DNA of 64,000 bases, from positions 11,718,001-11,782,000 of the forward strand of contig CM022674.1 in NCBI GenBank assembly GCA_012295275.1. The letters are read 5' to 3'. The translations under genes and the position numbers were made by a program. This DNA is from Chrysomallon squamiferum (Eukaryota > Animalia > Mollusca). Of the stretch, positions 46,695 to 59,055 are shown one piece after another. The notes beneath the pieces are model-generated. The model did no database searches. It saw only the letters and a list, made by a program, of their open reading frames with translations, and was not told the DNA's origin. Position 1 is the stretch's first letter, and the number at the start of each line of letters is the position of its first letter.

Positions 46695-49600
46695 ATGGAT
46701 CCCAATGTTTCTATGCTTGAGGTGAACCCAGCACAACTGGAGGTTCTGGAAAGTTTGATGCAGTTGAGAAATGAAGAACCAAACACAAACCAGGCAGTTT
46801 CAGTGCCAGTGCAGGGCACAGAGGAGGCAGTGCAGACCAGCATCGTCCAGATGGAGGGTGAAATGGAAGGTGAAGCAGAAAATCAGATGGTAACCATAGT
46901 ACCCATGGAGGATGTCCAATCAGACAAAATGGTGACGTTCATCGCGGTTGATGAAATGGGAAACCGTGTTCATCTTCCAGACGATGTTGTGACGTTCGTG
47001 TCAGTGGACGATGATGGGAACACGATACAGCTAGAGTGTAGTGACCTGACCCAGGAACAGATGCAGGTTATTCAGGTAGGGATGGACCTGGAGGCTGCAT
47101 CACAAGAAGGCGGCAAAGTGAACATAATGCAGGGTGCAGTGGAGAGTATTGAGGTGTACAAGTGTGATCTGTGTAGGCAGGTGTTCACTAAGAGGACTGA
47201 CTGGGATGACCATGACTGTCCAGGACATCAAGATGACCAGGAGGCTATTTTACAACCACTGGCAATCCAGCTAGAACAGCAGCAGGCACACAGAGGAGTG
47301 GTCATCAAGGAAGAAGATGACTCGAGTCTGGAGTGTAACTTGTGTCATCGAAGCTTTGCTCTGAGAGAGAACTGGGAACAGCACATGTTATCTCATCTGG
47401 ACAAAATTGAAGCTCGACCTAACACCGAGTTAGAAATGAAACAGCTCTCCATTGTAGATTCTGGAAGCAATGCTGTAGTTTTGTCTGCTAAGACTGGAGA
47501 TGTCGAGTACAGGTGTGATGCTTGTGGTAAAAGGTACCAGGAGAAGACGGAACTAGAAAAACATCTTGTTACACACATTGTGGACAAGTTCTACGAATGT
47601 CCAATCTGCAGTAGTGCCTTTGCTACCAAATTCAGCCTTAGAAAACACGTCATCAATCATCTGAAAGGAAAAGGGAAACCATTCAAATGTGAACTGTGTG
47701 AGAAAGCATTTAACCAGAAAGTAAATCTTCGAGCTCACATGTCAGTTCACACTGGCCTACGAGAGTTCAAATGTCACATCTGTCAGAAAGAATTTTCTCT
47801 GAAAGGAAATTTAAACAAACACCTGAGAATCCACACTGATGAGAGACCATTCAAGTGTAACATATGTGGACGATCGTTCAAGGTGAAGGAGTACTTGATA
47901 CAGCACAGGCTGACACACTCCAGCGAGCTTCCCTTTGCCTGTGGTCAGTGTGGGAGAAGGTTCAAGTTGCAGGAATACGCTGACCGCCACACACTGAAGT
48001 GTGATGGGACAAGAACATCAATCTGTGAACAGTGCGGTATGTCCTATGCATCAAGAGGTGATTTGAACAGACACATTGATGAAGTCCATCCCGAGATGAA
48101 ACCATACCAGTGTCCTACTTGCAACAAGAGGTTCAAACTGAAGAGTTACCTGCAGCAACATGAGCTTTCTCACACCGCCGGCAGAAACTGGGTGTGTGGA
48201 GTTTGTAAGAAAGATTTTAAATGTCGACATTCGCTACGACAGCATCTGATGTGGCACTCGAGACAGGAGAAGAATGAGAAGTTTACTTGTGAGGTTTGTG
48301 GGAAGGAGATTCAGTATGAGCTCAACATGAAACGTCACATGCTGCTGCACACAGGAAACATGCCGTTCACGTGTGAGGTGTGTCAGCGCGGCTTCCCGGA
48401 CTCCTCACATCTAAGACGTCACATGATGAGACACAATGGAGAAAAACCACACAAGTGTGAACTGTGTGGAAAAGGATTTTACACAAGCACTCATCTAAAA
48501 CGACATGTTAAGACCCACTCCTCACTGACCAAGCCTTTTGCCTGCAAGATCTGTGGAAAGGGTTTTCTCACAGAGGAGAAAATGACGAGACATTTTGAGA
48601 CCCATTACGGAGCAGTGAAAGGCCGATTCAAATGCAAGTATTGTGACAAAGCGTGTAACAAGAGATCTGACCTGTCTAGACACACGCTGATTCACACTGG
48701 AGAAAAACCATACAAGTGTGAGATCTGTGGTTTGGCTTTTAGAACATCAACCCATCGCAAGCGCCATCTACTGACACACACCACTGAGAAACCTTTCAAG
48801 TGCAGTGAATGTAACAAAGCATTCAAATCTCGTGATGTGTTGAAGAAACACGAAGCAATTCACAAAGAAGGCAAGTCTGGCTGGAAGAAGTATTGTCCCA
48901 AGTGTGGCAAAGGTTTCAAGTTTGTTTTCAAGCTGAGAGAGCATGAGAAACGTGGATGTGAAAATGATGTAGAGCAAGTGAAAAGTGAAGAAACTGAGAA
49001 AAAATCTGAGAATCAGCAAGAAGTTTCTGAAGACAAAGTGAAAACAGAAACACCAGCTCGACCACATAAGTGTGCCATGTGTAACCGAAGTTTTAAAACA
49101 ATTGACCACCTGAGCAGACATGAAGCTACACATAAAGATGATGAAGGGGAGACATCTCTACTGGATGATGATTCAGATGAGGAGAAGATGGAACAAGAGA
49201 CAGTGAATGATCTACAGTGTAAACAGTGCAGCAAGCAGTTTGAAGAGAAATCTGACCTGGAGAAACATCGTTCATACTGTAAAGTTAAACCACAGACAAA
49301 GTCTGTGAATTACATCAACAAGAAGAAACCAAAGCAGAAGGGTAACCAGTGCATTCTCTGTGGGAAAGTGTTTGTCAAAGGCTCTCATGCTCTGAAACAA
49401 CACATCTCTCTGATGCATACAGTGGAAGACTTTGCAGCAGCAAAGAGTCCTGTACCAGACACCTTCTACAAGTGTGATGACTGCGGAAAGCTTTTTGCTC
49501 AAGCAGTGAACTGGAAAAAACACTTACTAACTCACAAGGAAGAAGGGGAAGCTTCTGACAACACTGTTGGTGAAGGGAAAGATACAGATGCTACTGAAAA

Positions 49601-52600
49601 ACCTCACAAATGTGGATTCTGCTCCATTTCATTCCGAGAGTCAACAAATCTTGTGAAGCATCTGCTAGCTCTTCATTACAAAAAGCCTGCTGACAGTTCT
49701 GTACCAGGAACTTTTACTTCTGAAGTGAGCCAAGATGAGTCTAAAGAAAATGAAGTAACAGATAAAACAGCCAGTGAAGATCAGTCTGAGTCTACTCCAA
49801 GAACTGACACTCGAGATAAACCATACAAGTGCGAGAAATGTCCTAAACAGTTTGGACACATCACCTTCCTCAACAAACACATTCTTTCACAGCATCCGCC
49901 TCCAAAGATCAAGAAAACTGACACTGAAAGTAACAAAGCATTGTCTGAATATTCGTCTATCGAGTTTCCATTTGCCTGTGATGACTGTGGAGTGAAGTTC
50001 CGGACACCAGGAGGTCTGAACACACACAAAGAGTCGCTGTGTCAGAACGTACACAGCTGTGAAGAGGGCTCTCCATACAAGAGTCCAGATAGAAAAGTTG
50101 ATAGACACAACTGCAATGTTTGTGACAGTGTCCAGCCCACTGCATCTGCTTTGTTAAAACACATGAGGAAAACTCACAAGCATATAAAGTTCCCATGCTA
50201 TGTGTGTGGAAAGGGATATGCAAAGGAAACTGGTTTAAAACAGCACATCACAATCAAACATGGTGAGCCAAAAACACCGAGGTCTTCTAAAGTTATTCCA
50301 GAACCTGAGTCAAGAGAGAGAAAGTTTACTTGTGAGCACTGTCAGCGAGGATTCAGAACTGAATCTCAGCTCAAACGTCACATTCCAACTCACAAAGAGG
50401 AACATGCAGACTTCATTAAGAAGGAGCCACTATCACCTGTGGCAGCAGGCTACAGCTGTGATGCCTGTTCTCAGACATTCCATCTGCACTCTGAACTGAA
50501 GAATCACATGTTGAAGATGCATGCTGATGACTCTGACAACAGTGATGATCAGTCAGTAGATGAAGATGTGAGAGAGTTTGAAATAGTTAGAGGAGGAGGG
50601 CAGACAGAACTGTCTGTGGCAGTAGAAAAACTGCTTGTTTGTGATGAATGTGGTGAGTGGTTTTCTTCACCTTATGATTACAAAACTCACAAGAGTGCAG
50701 TCCATGGCAGAGAGGAGGAATCACTGGAAAATATCATCACACCATCAGAGCGGCAGACATTCTCATGTGAGCAGTGTGATACAACATTTTCTTCCAGATT
50801 CAAGCTGAACAGACACACAGCCAATAAACATGAAAGTGAAAAATCTTCATCTCCTTCCCGTACTAGATCACAGTTGTCAGTGGAAAAGAAATCAAAAGCA
50901 GGAACACCAATACAGTCTAAATCCACCACCAAATCTTCACCAGCTGTTAAAACATCATCAAAACCAACAACTCCTGTTAAAAAACCTTCTGAGAGAAAGT
51001 CTAAGTCAGCTCAGAAAAGTTCTTCAGAGCCATCCATGCTTACCTATTCTCCAAGAACAGCTGACAGAGCATACAGGTGTCGTTCCTGTAAGAGAGAGTT
51101 CAGAACAGAGTCACAGCTCAATCGACATGAACGCACTCACAACAAGGAGGAGACAGACATTGATAACCTGTACAAGTGTGACATCTGTGATGAAGCGTTT
51201 CCTAAATCTCTACATTTGAAACGACACATGGCTTCACACACTTCTGATATGGTCAAAAGTGATGATGAAGTAGTCAAAGCATCTCCTCACAAAAGCAAAA
51301 AGAAATCTTCAGAAGTAAGTGAGCTTGTGGCTGATGATCACAAAGGTGATGGTGACAGTGCAAGACAGTCACCAAGGCAGTCACAGTCAGCATCAACAAA
51401 ATCCGAAACTGAGGACATAAAAATAAAAAGTCCAGAAGTCAAACCAGTTTCAGTAAATGCCAAACGATGCAACATTTGTAAAAAACTGTTTTCCAGTATC
51501 TGGAGTGTCAAAGTTCACTTGATAAATGTACACAATAAAAAGGAATCGGATGTTATTTTGCACAAATGTACAATTTGCAGGAAAAGTTTCGGTACTTTCT
51601 GGGATCTGAAGAAACACAAACTAACACGACATCGGAAGAAGCCCGTGGAAAGTGAAATCTTGAAACAGAAAATATCTGAGAAGATAAAGAAATCCATTTA
51701 CACTCCCAGTGGTGAGAGAATCACAAAATGTGATTTGTGTGGAGGCTGGTTCCCTAATATCACAGAACACATGCTGTGTCACAAAGATGATGTTAACATT
51801 ACAATGAAAATAGAGGGCTCAGATGAAGTAACTGAAGGTAAGAAGAAATTCACTTGTGACATCTGTGGTAAAAGTTATGGCAAAGCCATCAACTGGAAGA
51901 TGCATAAAATGATACACAAAACAAAAAAAGGTGGAAGCGGCCAGGCTGCTGGAAATCCAGATGTTAAAAACATCCACGAGTGTGCAATATGTGGTAAAGA
52001 ATTTCTGCAGTCCTCGTCATTGAAAGTTCATATATCTATGAAACATGGAGAATATAATGAGAAACTGGATGAATTGAAAACTGATGTGGAAGTGGATCGT
52101 GTTGATCCACCTGTAGTTAACACATGTGAACACTGTCAGAAAGACTTTCCAGAACTTTCTGAATGGTACACTCACAAACTGACAAGCTGTGGAGAAGGTT
52201 CACCTCAGTGTATCTGCTGTGAGAAGCTCTTCAAGAAAACGTGGAACTTGAAGATTCACTATTTTCGAGTTCACAACATTCGAACTGCAGCAGATGTCAC
52301 AGAACAAGGATTCTCACGGCTCGCCATGGAACACACCTATTGTCGCGAAAGTGACCTTGAGTCCATGCAGTGTCCTCACTGTTCCAAGAAGTTCACAGCA
52401 CAGCAAAGACTGAAACAGCATTTGAAGATGCACAAAAGAAAAGGTGTAACTGATACCAAGGCAGCGGATGATGGTGGTGCTGAAGATGATGATGATGATG
52501 CTGTTGCTAGTTCTCAGGATGCCAGTGATACTTTAGATGAGATTAGTATAACACTTCCAGAACAATCCGGTGAGAGAGAGGAGTTGAACAAGACTGAGAA

Positions 52601-52805
52601 AACTGTGAGCTCTACACAATCTGAAATTCCAGGTAACCATTTCATTGTCACTGTGAATAGTGAGGAAAAGAAGAGTGAATTGGAAGCAATGGACACTGGT
52701 AGTAATGTAGTGCAAAGTGATGTTAAGACATTAGAGAGTGATGTTAATGCAGAGGTCAGTGAAATTAAACCAATGGACTGTGAAAGTTCAGCATTCACCT
52801 ACTGA
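46695..52805 (+). CDS. Giant multi-C2H2 zinc-finger protein, main ORF 2036 aa with ~42 C2H2/C2HC fingers; intronless CDS
   Basis: Repeated CxxC-x12-H-x3-4-H motifs with TGEKP-type linkers in the N-terminal cluster; acidic N-terminal region; no KRAB, BTB or SET domain recognisable. Confidence 0.95.
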   Translation: MDPNVSMLEVNPAQLEVLESLMQLRNEEPNTNQAVSVPVQGTEEAVQTSIVQMEGEMEGEAENQMVTIVPMEDVQSDKMVTFIAVDEMGNRVHLPDDVVTFVSVDDDGNTIQLECSDLTQEQMQVIQVGMDLEAASQEGGKVNIMQGAVESIEVYKCDLCRQVFTKRTDWDDHDCPGHQDDQEAILQPLAIQLEQQQAHRGVVIKEEDDSSLECNLCHRSFALRENWEQHMLSHLDKIEARPNTELEMKQLSIVDSGSNAVVLSAKTGDVEYRCDACGKRYQEKTELEKHLVTHIVDKFYECPICSSAFATKFSLRKHVINHLKGKGKPFKCELCEKAFNQKVNLRAHMSVHTGLREFKCHICQKEFSLKGNLNKHLRIHTDERPFKCNICGRSFKVKEYLIQHRLTHSSELPFACGQCGRRFKLQEYADRHTLKCDGTRTSICEQCGMSYASRGDLNRHIDEVHPEMKPYQCPTCNKRFKLKSYLQQHELSHTAGRNWVCGVCKKDFKCRHSLRQHLMWHSRQEKNEKFTCEVCGKEIQYELNMKRHMLLHTGNMPFTCEVCQRGFPDSSHLRRHMMRHNGEKPHKCELCGKGFYTSTHLKRHVKTHSSLTKPFACKICGKGFLTEEKMTRHFETHYGAVKGRFKCKYCDKACNKRSDLSRHTLIHTGEKPYKCEICGLAFRTSTHRKRHLLTHTTEKPFKCSECNKAFKSRDVLKKHEAIHKEGKSGWKKYCPKCGKGFKFVFKLREHEKRGCENDVEQVKSEETEKKSENQQEVSEDKVKTETPARPHKCAMCNRSFKTIDHLSRHEATHKDDEGETSLLDDDSDEEKMEQETVNDLQCKQCSKQFEEKSDLEKHRSYCKVKPQTKSVNYINKKKPKQKGNQCILCGKVFVKGSHALKQHISLMHTVEDFAAAKSPVPDTFYKCDDCGKLFAQAVNWKKHLLTHKEEGEASDNTVGEGKDTDATEKPHKCGFCSISFRESTNLVKHLLALHYKKPADSSVPGTFTSEVSQDESKENEVTDKTASEDQSESTPRTDTRDKPYKCEKCPKQFGHITFLNKHILSQHPPPKIKKTDTESNKALSEYSSIEFPFACDDCGVKFRTPGGLNTHKESLCQNVHSCEEGSPYKSPDRKVDRHNCNVCDSVQPTASALLKHMRKTHKHIKFPCYVCGKGYAKETGLKQHITIKHGEPKTPRSSKVIPEPESRERKFTCEHCQRGFRTESQLKRHIPTHKEEHADFIKKEPLSPVAAGYSCDACSQTFHLHSELKNHMLKMHADDSDNSDDQSVDEDVREFEIVRGGGQTELSVAVEKLLVCDECGEWFSSPYDYKTHKSAVHGREEESLENIITPSERQTFSCEQCDTTFSSRFKLNRHTANKHESEKSSSPSRTRSQLSVEKKSKAGTPIQSKSTTKSSPAVKTSSKPTTPVKKPSERKSKSAQKSSSEPSMLTYSPRTADRAYRCRSCKREFRTESQLNRHERTHNKEETDIDNLYKCDICDEAFPKSLHLKRHMASHTSDMVKSDDEVVKASPHKSKKKSSEVSELVADDHKGDGDSARQSPRQSQSASTKSETEDIKIKSPEVKPVSVNAKRCNICKKLFSSIWSVKVHLINVHNKKESDVILHKCTICRKSFGTFWDLKKHKLTRHRKKPVESEILKQKISEKIKKSIYTPSGERITKCDLCGGWFPNITEHMLCHKDDVNITMKIEGSDEVTEGKKKFTCDICGKSYGKAINWKMHKMIHKTKKGGSGQAAGNPDVKNIHECAICGKEFLQSSSLKVHISMKHGEYNEKLDELKTDVEVDRVDPPVVNTCEHCQKDFPELSEWYTHKLTSCGEGSPQCICCEKLFKKTWNLKIHYFRVHNIRTAADVTEQGFSRLAMEHTYCRESDLESMQCPHCSKKFTAQQRLKQHLKMHKRKGVTDTKAADDGGAEDDDDDAVASSQDASDTLDEISITLPEQSGEREELNKTEKTVSSTQSEIPGNHFIVTVNSEEKKSELEAMDTGSNVVQSDVKTLESDVNAEVSEIKPMDCESSAFTY

Positions 52806-52916
52806 AGAACAGACAAATTGTGTTAATGAATCTGGTGATGTCACTAACAACCAGATTCACTTAACTTCTGAGTGTAGCATATCTGATCAGAAATCATCAA
52901 ACATTGAAGTTGTTGA

Positions 52917-53516
52917 ATCCTTCCTGACACTACCAGTACAGATGTTGCTGTTGCTATGGATACAGCAGCATACAATCAGCTGCAGCTGGATGGTAATGCT
53001 GTTGTGGTAGCCCACATTGATGGAGAAGGTGGGATGACCTACCAGATAAGTGATGCTGTTACTGGTGATGCAGAAAACAGCACTGTTGTATACATTACCA
53101 ATTCGGAAGTGCTGAATTCTGAGACTGTTGGTGTGGAGATGCAGACGGACACTGTGTGTGAATCATCTGTGACTTACTATGAAGAGACAGTGACGGGCGA
53201 GGCTGCCACTAACCCAGCCAGTGAGAACTCTGACCAAAACAAGCTGTATGAACAGGCTCTGTCCCAGCTAGTGGAAGGTGAGAAACGATACAAGTGTGAG
53301 GTGTGTGGGCGCCAGTGTTCTACAACCTGGTCTCTCAAACAACACATGGAGACTCACGGGACATCCAGCAACATCACGGAACAGAATTTTGCTCAGATGC
53401 TGGATCTTGTTCAGACTGGAAACAGCGCTCCATTCAAATGTGACATTTGTGGGAGAACATTCAGCAAGACGTCACAGCTGACTAGACACAGAGCCACACA
53501 CAAAGAACAGAACTGA
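52917..53516 (+). CDS. C-terminal part of the same zinc-finger protein (2 more C2H2 fingers), in the same frame as the main ORF and separated by a ~120-nt +1-frame segment
   Basis: YKCEVCGRQCSTTWSLKQHMETH and FKCDICGRTFSKTSQLTRHRATH; frame open from 52917. Confidence 0.75.
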   Translation: MLPDTTSTDVAVAMDTAAYNQLQLDGNAVVVAHIDGEGGMTYQISDAVTGDAENSTVVYITNSEVLNSETVGVEMQTDTVCESSVTYYEETVTGEAATNPASENSDQNKLYEQALSQLVEGEKRYKCEVCGRQCSTTWSLKQHMETHGTSSNITEQNFAQMLDLVQTGNSAPFKCDICGRTFSKTSQLTRHRATHKEQN

Positions 53517-54064
53517 GTGTCAAACCTTGTGACATCATCCAGTTTGCAGACATTGTAGATATTAAGAATATTTTATCTATTGTACAACATGTAAATCTGC
53601 CTGAGGTGATATAAATAAAATAGTCTAAATACATTTTCTATACTTACAAGTAAACCTTTTAATATAAGAGCTCAGTCTTTGCTGATAATAAAGCATGTCT
53701 GCAGCTGTTCATGGAGATTATCATTTTTATATTCATGGTGTCATAAAATTAATATGTAAAAATCTCTAATCTGACAGCTGTCAGTAATTTATTCATCATA
53801 CTAAAGTAAGCAATAACAAATAGAAAATATATTTAGACTGTGCATTTGTACCAAATTTTCACTGTACCTGCTTGATTTAACTTTATATATGTTAAATGCC
53901 AGAATGTACATAGATTGTAAATACAAAGTCCTAATGTTCATGTACAAATGTTAAATAGAAAATATTTCTAATTCCTTTTAGTAGTATAGATGTTGATCAC
54001 TGTAATGCAGTAAAAACAGGTTTCTTTATAAACAAAAAAAATTATTGTTGTTGTTTTATTATAT

Positions 54065-54112
<48 letters not shown>

Positions 54113-54874
54113 TTTTTTGTACCAGCAATTATGTAGAATTAGCAATTTTTAATTTTTATTTTCATTCATTTATTGTAAAAGATATAAATTTATAAGTGTT
54201 ACAATGCTAAATAAAACTAGCCTTCAGGGTTGTCTTCATTTAGAGAGAAAAAAATATATATATAAATTATTCAAAGAAATATTGTTTTCTTTTAATTATT
54301 TTTAAAGTCATAATAATAATTTTGAATATTTTATCTAAAGCATCATAATAATTCAAAAACATATTAGAAAAGACTGGGCACTAAAAGAAATGAACTGAAA
54401 TTAATCAGTTTAAAGGAAAATTTGAAAAGAGAATATAAGTACAGTATTAAAATTTAGCTAAAGAAAATATTTTGATTTCTGTAATTCGTGATGCACCATA
54501 AATGATATTTCATTTATTTATTTATATTTTTTGTTTCTTACTGAAATGTTTTTACCTGACAGTATAATATACATATACTTGTGCAAGATGATCTGGTTCT
54601 TTTGAGTTACAAAAATGGCCTGTACTATCGTATATATATTTTTTTAAATTTATTAGTTTTCAAATTCAACAGCAACAAACTTTTCCCTTTTTATGTGTGA
54701 ATGTGTTTGTGTGATAATAGCATTAATATTTTAATAATTTTCTCATCATTTCTTGTTACATGTATATTGTTTACATGAAAACTGCTTTGTTGTAAATACT
54801 GTTCATAACAAATGTCATTACTTGAAAAACATAGTTTGTTTTGTCTTGTCTTATTATTTATTTATTTATTTATG

Positions 54875-54918
<44 letters not shown>

Positions 54919-56878
54919 AAAGTGGGCCATTACGTAATGGTATAATTGCTTGTTTTCACATGGTATCATTCCCAGGTTAATACATACACATACAAATATA
55001 TATATACATTCACACACATACACACACACACTCAGATTTGTACATTGAACATGTATGTAGTAGAACAAATATCATGAATTCTGAATATATCTACATCAAT
55101 TGTCATGTTAATGGCATGAACTGGGCAGTCAAAATGGCAATGATAATGGTACAAAGTGGGATACCTCACACAGACAAGTGATGTTAGCAAAAACAAGTAA
55201 TTGTTTTTCATTTTTCACTCAAATTATGTGTATCTGTTAACCTCATTTTGTCAGAGTACACAGCCAGTACATTAGCATTTGTATAATTATTTTACATTTT
55301 ACATTGAATTATGTAATCTAAATGTATTTGTGGTAATGTCATGTGAGAAGGCATACAGACCATACGTTAGCATATGTGTATATAATACAGTTTCAGCTAC
55401 GTTCCTGGGTTTCACAAAAATAAAATTGTTAATTGGTTGGAAGCTGTTTATAACCAAAGGTTTGTATTCAAGTCCTGCAGATAAACAGAAAAATGTCTAA
55501 AATAAGACTGGTATAACATGTCAGTAATAAATTTGTTGTCAGAAACTGCAGATAAAAGGAAACTGTAATGATGATAAGATAATGAAGATGATAATATTAG
55601 TAATAGATAGTAATGATGATGATAACAGTAAAAGATGTAATAATAATAATAATAATAATACATTTTAATAGTGATGATGGTAATGTATGATGAAGTAAAC
55701 TGGAATGAGCTAGTCATAAAGCTGATGTAGGTATTTTCCAAATAATGTTTTTATTATTATTCTTATCATTGTTATCATCATCATCATTTTTCTTTTCTTT
55801 TTTGTAAGACGGCTTACAGTTACCTTGTCTTGTGTAAATAGAACTGTACATTATAGAATCTGTCATTGGCTGCTTATCCAGACTTGCATGTTGGATGCTT
55901 TACATATGTATATCATACACTGTTACATGCTTTAGGTTTGTTATACTTGGTTATATCACACCATCATTCCTACATGAACATTTGAATGTACAAGTTTGAT
56001 TTTTTTTTAAATACTCTTGTTTAAGAATGTGCATCACCCTGCAGACCTTTTTTTTTTTTTTTTTTTTTTTGTGCTGGGATGTTGTTAAACATTCATTCAT
56101 TCATTCATAATTATTATGCATGCTTAGATAATGAAAGTGTCATGATTGTGCCAGTTATAAAATTATAATGAATGCAAAAGTAGAAGAACTAGGTATGTGC
56201 AGGGATAAAAATTAGGAGTGTACAGGAAGAACAAATTATTACAAGTTTAATGATAAAAACAGTAGTTTAGCTTAGAAGTATTGTCAATAATAATAGTAGT
56301 AGTAGTAATAATAATAGTAATAATAATTTGGAGTAAAAATATCTTGGCTTGACTATAGAAAGTATAACACATTTCTATCAGAAATACTAGAAGACAGGTA
56401 GAAAAAGATTATGAATATTAAACATTTCATTGTCTGGGTTATCAGAACTGAAAAAAAATGAAAGATAACAAATTTAGAGATTTATTTATTATTATTTATT
56501 TATTTTTATATTAAATGGAGATCTTTATTATTTACCTTTAATCAAATATCAGTTTGTTAAAATTTATTTTTTAATAATTATACCTGCACACCTTTTATTA
56601 GTTTGCATTAAGACATTTCCCTTCACTGTAGTTTCATGATTTAGCAGTAACATTTTAATTTTAATATGTATTGAAAGAGATTAAAAAATAATAATAATAA
56701 TTTATGTTCAGTTTGAAGTAAAATATATATGATAAGCAAAGGAAATATTTAAGAAAAGATAAACTTTTGATTTTAATTGCTGTGTTAAAGATTGAATAAT
56801 GTAACATAAATGCATAAACTGAAGACAATACACAGATGGAATTCATTGATTAACAGATTAATTTTTCTTAACTTTTCA

Positions 56879-56909
<31 letters not shown>

Positions 56910-57460
56910 ATTGGTATATTAATATTTTAAAAGTTGTTATTTATTTATTTATTTATTTATTATTATTATTATTATTAACTATCTCTTACAGAATATATTG
57001 TTGGCAACTATTATGTTTGGCATTATAGATAACAATAATATGCAATACAATATTTTTGCAAATGTTTGACTAACATCTACAATCTCAGTTTACAATTTAA
57101 GTATTAATTTTATTTGTGGAAAATAAAAAAAACAAAATTAATTTTAAAGAAAGTTTAAAACAAAACTGAAAAAGAAAAGAAAACAATATTTTATTGTTGA
57201 TGGTATAAATGCAGATACAAAAATAATGTTAGTTGTCAGGTCCCAGAAAGAAAATAGCAATACATATTTAAATTTGATTTTTGTTTTGAAAACATCACTA
57301 GTTGTGGAATTATGTGACACACTGTAATTTGGTACGGGTTGATGTTTGATTGTGTTATGTTGTTTCACTGTAAATAAATATTATTGGTTTCTTTCAGTGT
57401 TGTTTGTTGATGCTTTTCATTAAAAGGAATTTTAAAAAAGGAAGGGAGTAAGTAATTTTT

Positions 57461-57744
57461 ATTTGAGGAGTTCAAGCGTAAACCACAATAAGACCATTAA
57501 TATAATTTTTTAGGCCATGCCATTTTATTATACAGGCCAGGTTTTTGTTTTTGTTTTTTTAGCACAAAATTGCAGTAGTTATAGAATGATGTATTATCAT
57601 CAATAAATGAAATTATAATGCAAAATTAAAACTTTTTAATTTTTTTTTTTTTTTTTTATCTTATTTTTATATTATTATTTTTGTTTGTCTTTTTTGAGTA
57701 AACAAAAAAGGATATATCATGTTTTGCTCCTGAACTCTTCATAT
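57461..57744. mobile_element. Degenerate MITE-like element with ~30-bp inverted termini
   Basis: Left ATTTGAGGAGTTCAAGCGTAAACCACAATA versus reverse complement of right end ATATGAAGAGTTCAGGAGCAAAACATGATA. Confidence 0.5.
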
Positions 57745-58976
57745 AATGTAATAATGTTTTGTGTTTAATAACAAAAGTATGAATAACAGTTGAAGTGAGT
57801 TTAATTGTCTAAAAACCAACAATTGAACAAATTACATAGATGATTTTAAATATTAAGAGCCCATAGTTTAGTTGGTAATACTTAAGCAAAAACTATCTTA
57901 TTTGTTCATATTAAGATTATTATCTTTGTCCATGTGGTCTTTTTAAATTATAATAGTTACCCACAGTAGATCACAGAAAAATAACAAAATGTTTAATACA
58001 AACACAATCATTATTTGATGAGGACTGGATTCTGAGGTTATATTTTTATCTTTGATAGGTTTATTAGTAAATAAGGTTAAAATAATATAACACAAAACCT
58101 TTGGGAAAATGCATTTCTCAGGTCTGTAAACAGTTAATTCAAAAAATAAAAACGAATGAATGGATGAATAAATTAAATTAAATTAAATTAAATTATAAAA
58201 CTCATTGCAAAATACAGCTGTTCCATCATACTGCAGTTAATTGTTTAATTTTAAATAATTTCAGTTTGCATTTAGATTACTTCACACATAAAAATAAATC
58301 ATCATCACCTTGAAAGTATTATATGATGATGAAACAGAAATTATAGGCCAACTAAGTTTTATTTTCTAAATCTGTTTGAAACTCAATACAAATTTCCCCT
58401 CATTACAAATTTCCCCTCATTTTCACCCATGATGTAAAATGGTAATAGTTTAAAACAGTGAAACACAATGATTCACAAGTCAGGCTCTTAACCTGTGGTT
58501 ATGCTCCCTTCTTACACTGAATTTATAATTACTACAGCCGAATGTTCTAACAAACGGTGTGTGTGTGAGAGAGAGAGAGACGGAAATACCACGTGATAGT
58601 TACGTTTTGCACACATCGTGCTGGTGTGGCGTTAAACATTAATTCGTTCATTCGGGAGGGAAATACCGTTAAATTTCGTGCGATACATTAAAAAGTTAAG
58701 AACTGCGCGCATGTATGTAAAAATGTAACAATTCATCTCTTAATCATTATAAGCTATTACAGTTATAAAGTTTTAAATTTTAACCCACCAAAGAAACTAA
58801 TGTGCTTTTCATCAATACGGCATAGTTAATTTATTCTCCATTTATATCCAAAATATGTATGTGATTACAGTATGAATCAGACACCGGCTTTATAGCGGTT
58901 TTCTTGAAATGCACGGTTACCGTTCTTACAGTCACTTTCGTTCACTTCCTGGGAATATATTCGAGTATTGATTGTA

Positions 58977-58991
58977 TTTCTCGAATGTTCG
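58977..58991. promoter_or_regulatory. Heat-shock element (nTTCnnGAAnnTTCn) upstream of CHORDC1
   Basis: tTTCtcGAAtgTTCg ~65-80 bp before the ATG, in a CpG-rich promoter with an ETS-like CACTTCCTG (58943) and an E-box CACGTG (~58590). Confidence 0.5.
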
Positions 58992-59055
58992 AAGTTACTG
59001 CTTGGTTATCCTTGCTAGTTTCTGTTCGGTCCAGAACTTTATTACTACTAATAAA

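Noticed and set aside
47393-52798. Antisense and alternative-frame ORFs within the zinc-finger CDS
   Set aside because: Short shadows of the long coding frame with no independent features.
52803-52805. Stop-codon readthrough or selenocysteine linking the two zinc-finger ORFs
   Set aside because: Many further in-frame TAA, TGA and TAG codons lie between 52806 and 52916.
58972-59055. N-terminal extension of CHORDC1 suggested by the ORF track
   Set aside because: Starts at TTG; family homology begins at ATG 59056 ([10 protein letters not shown]).
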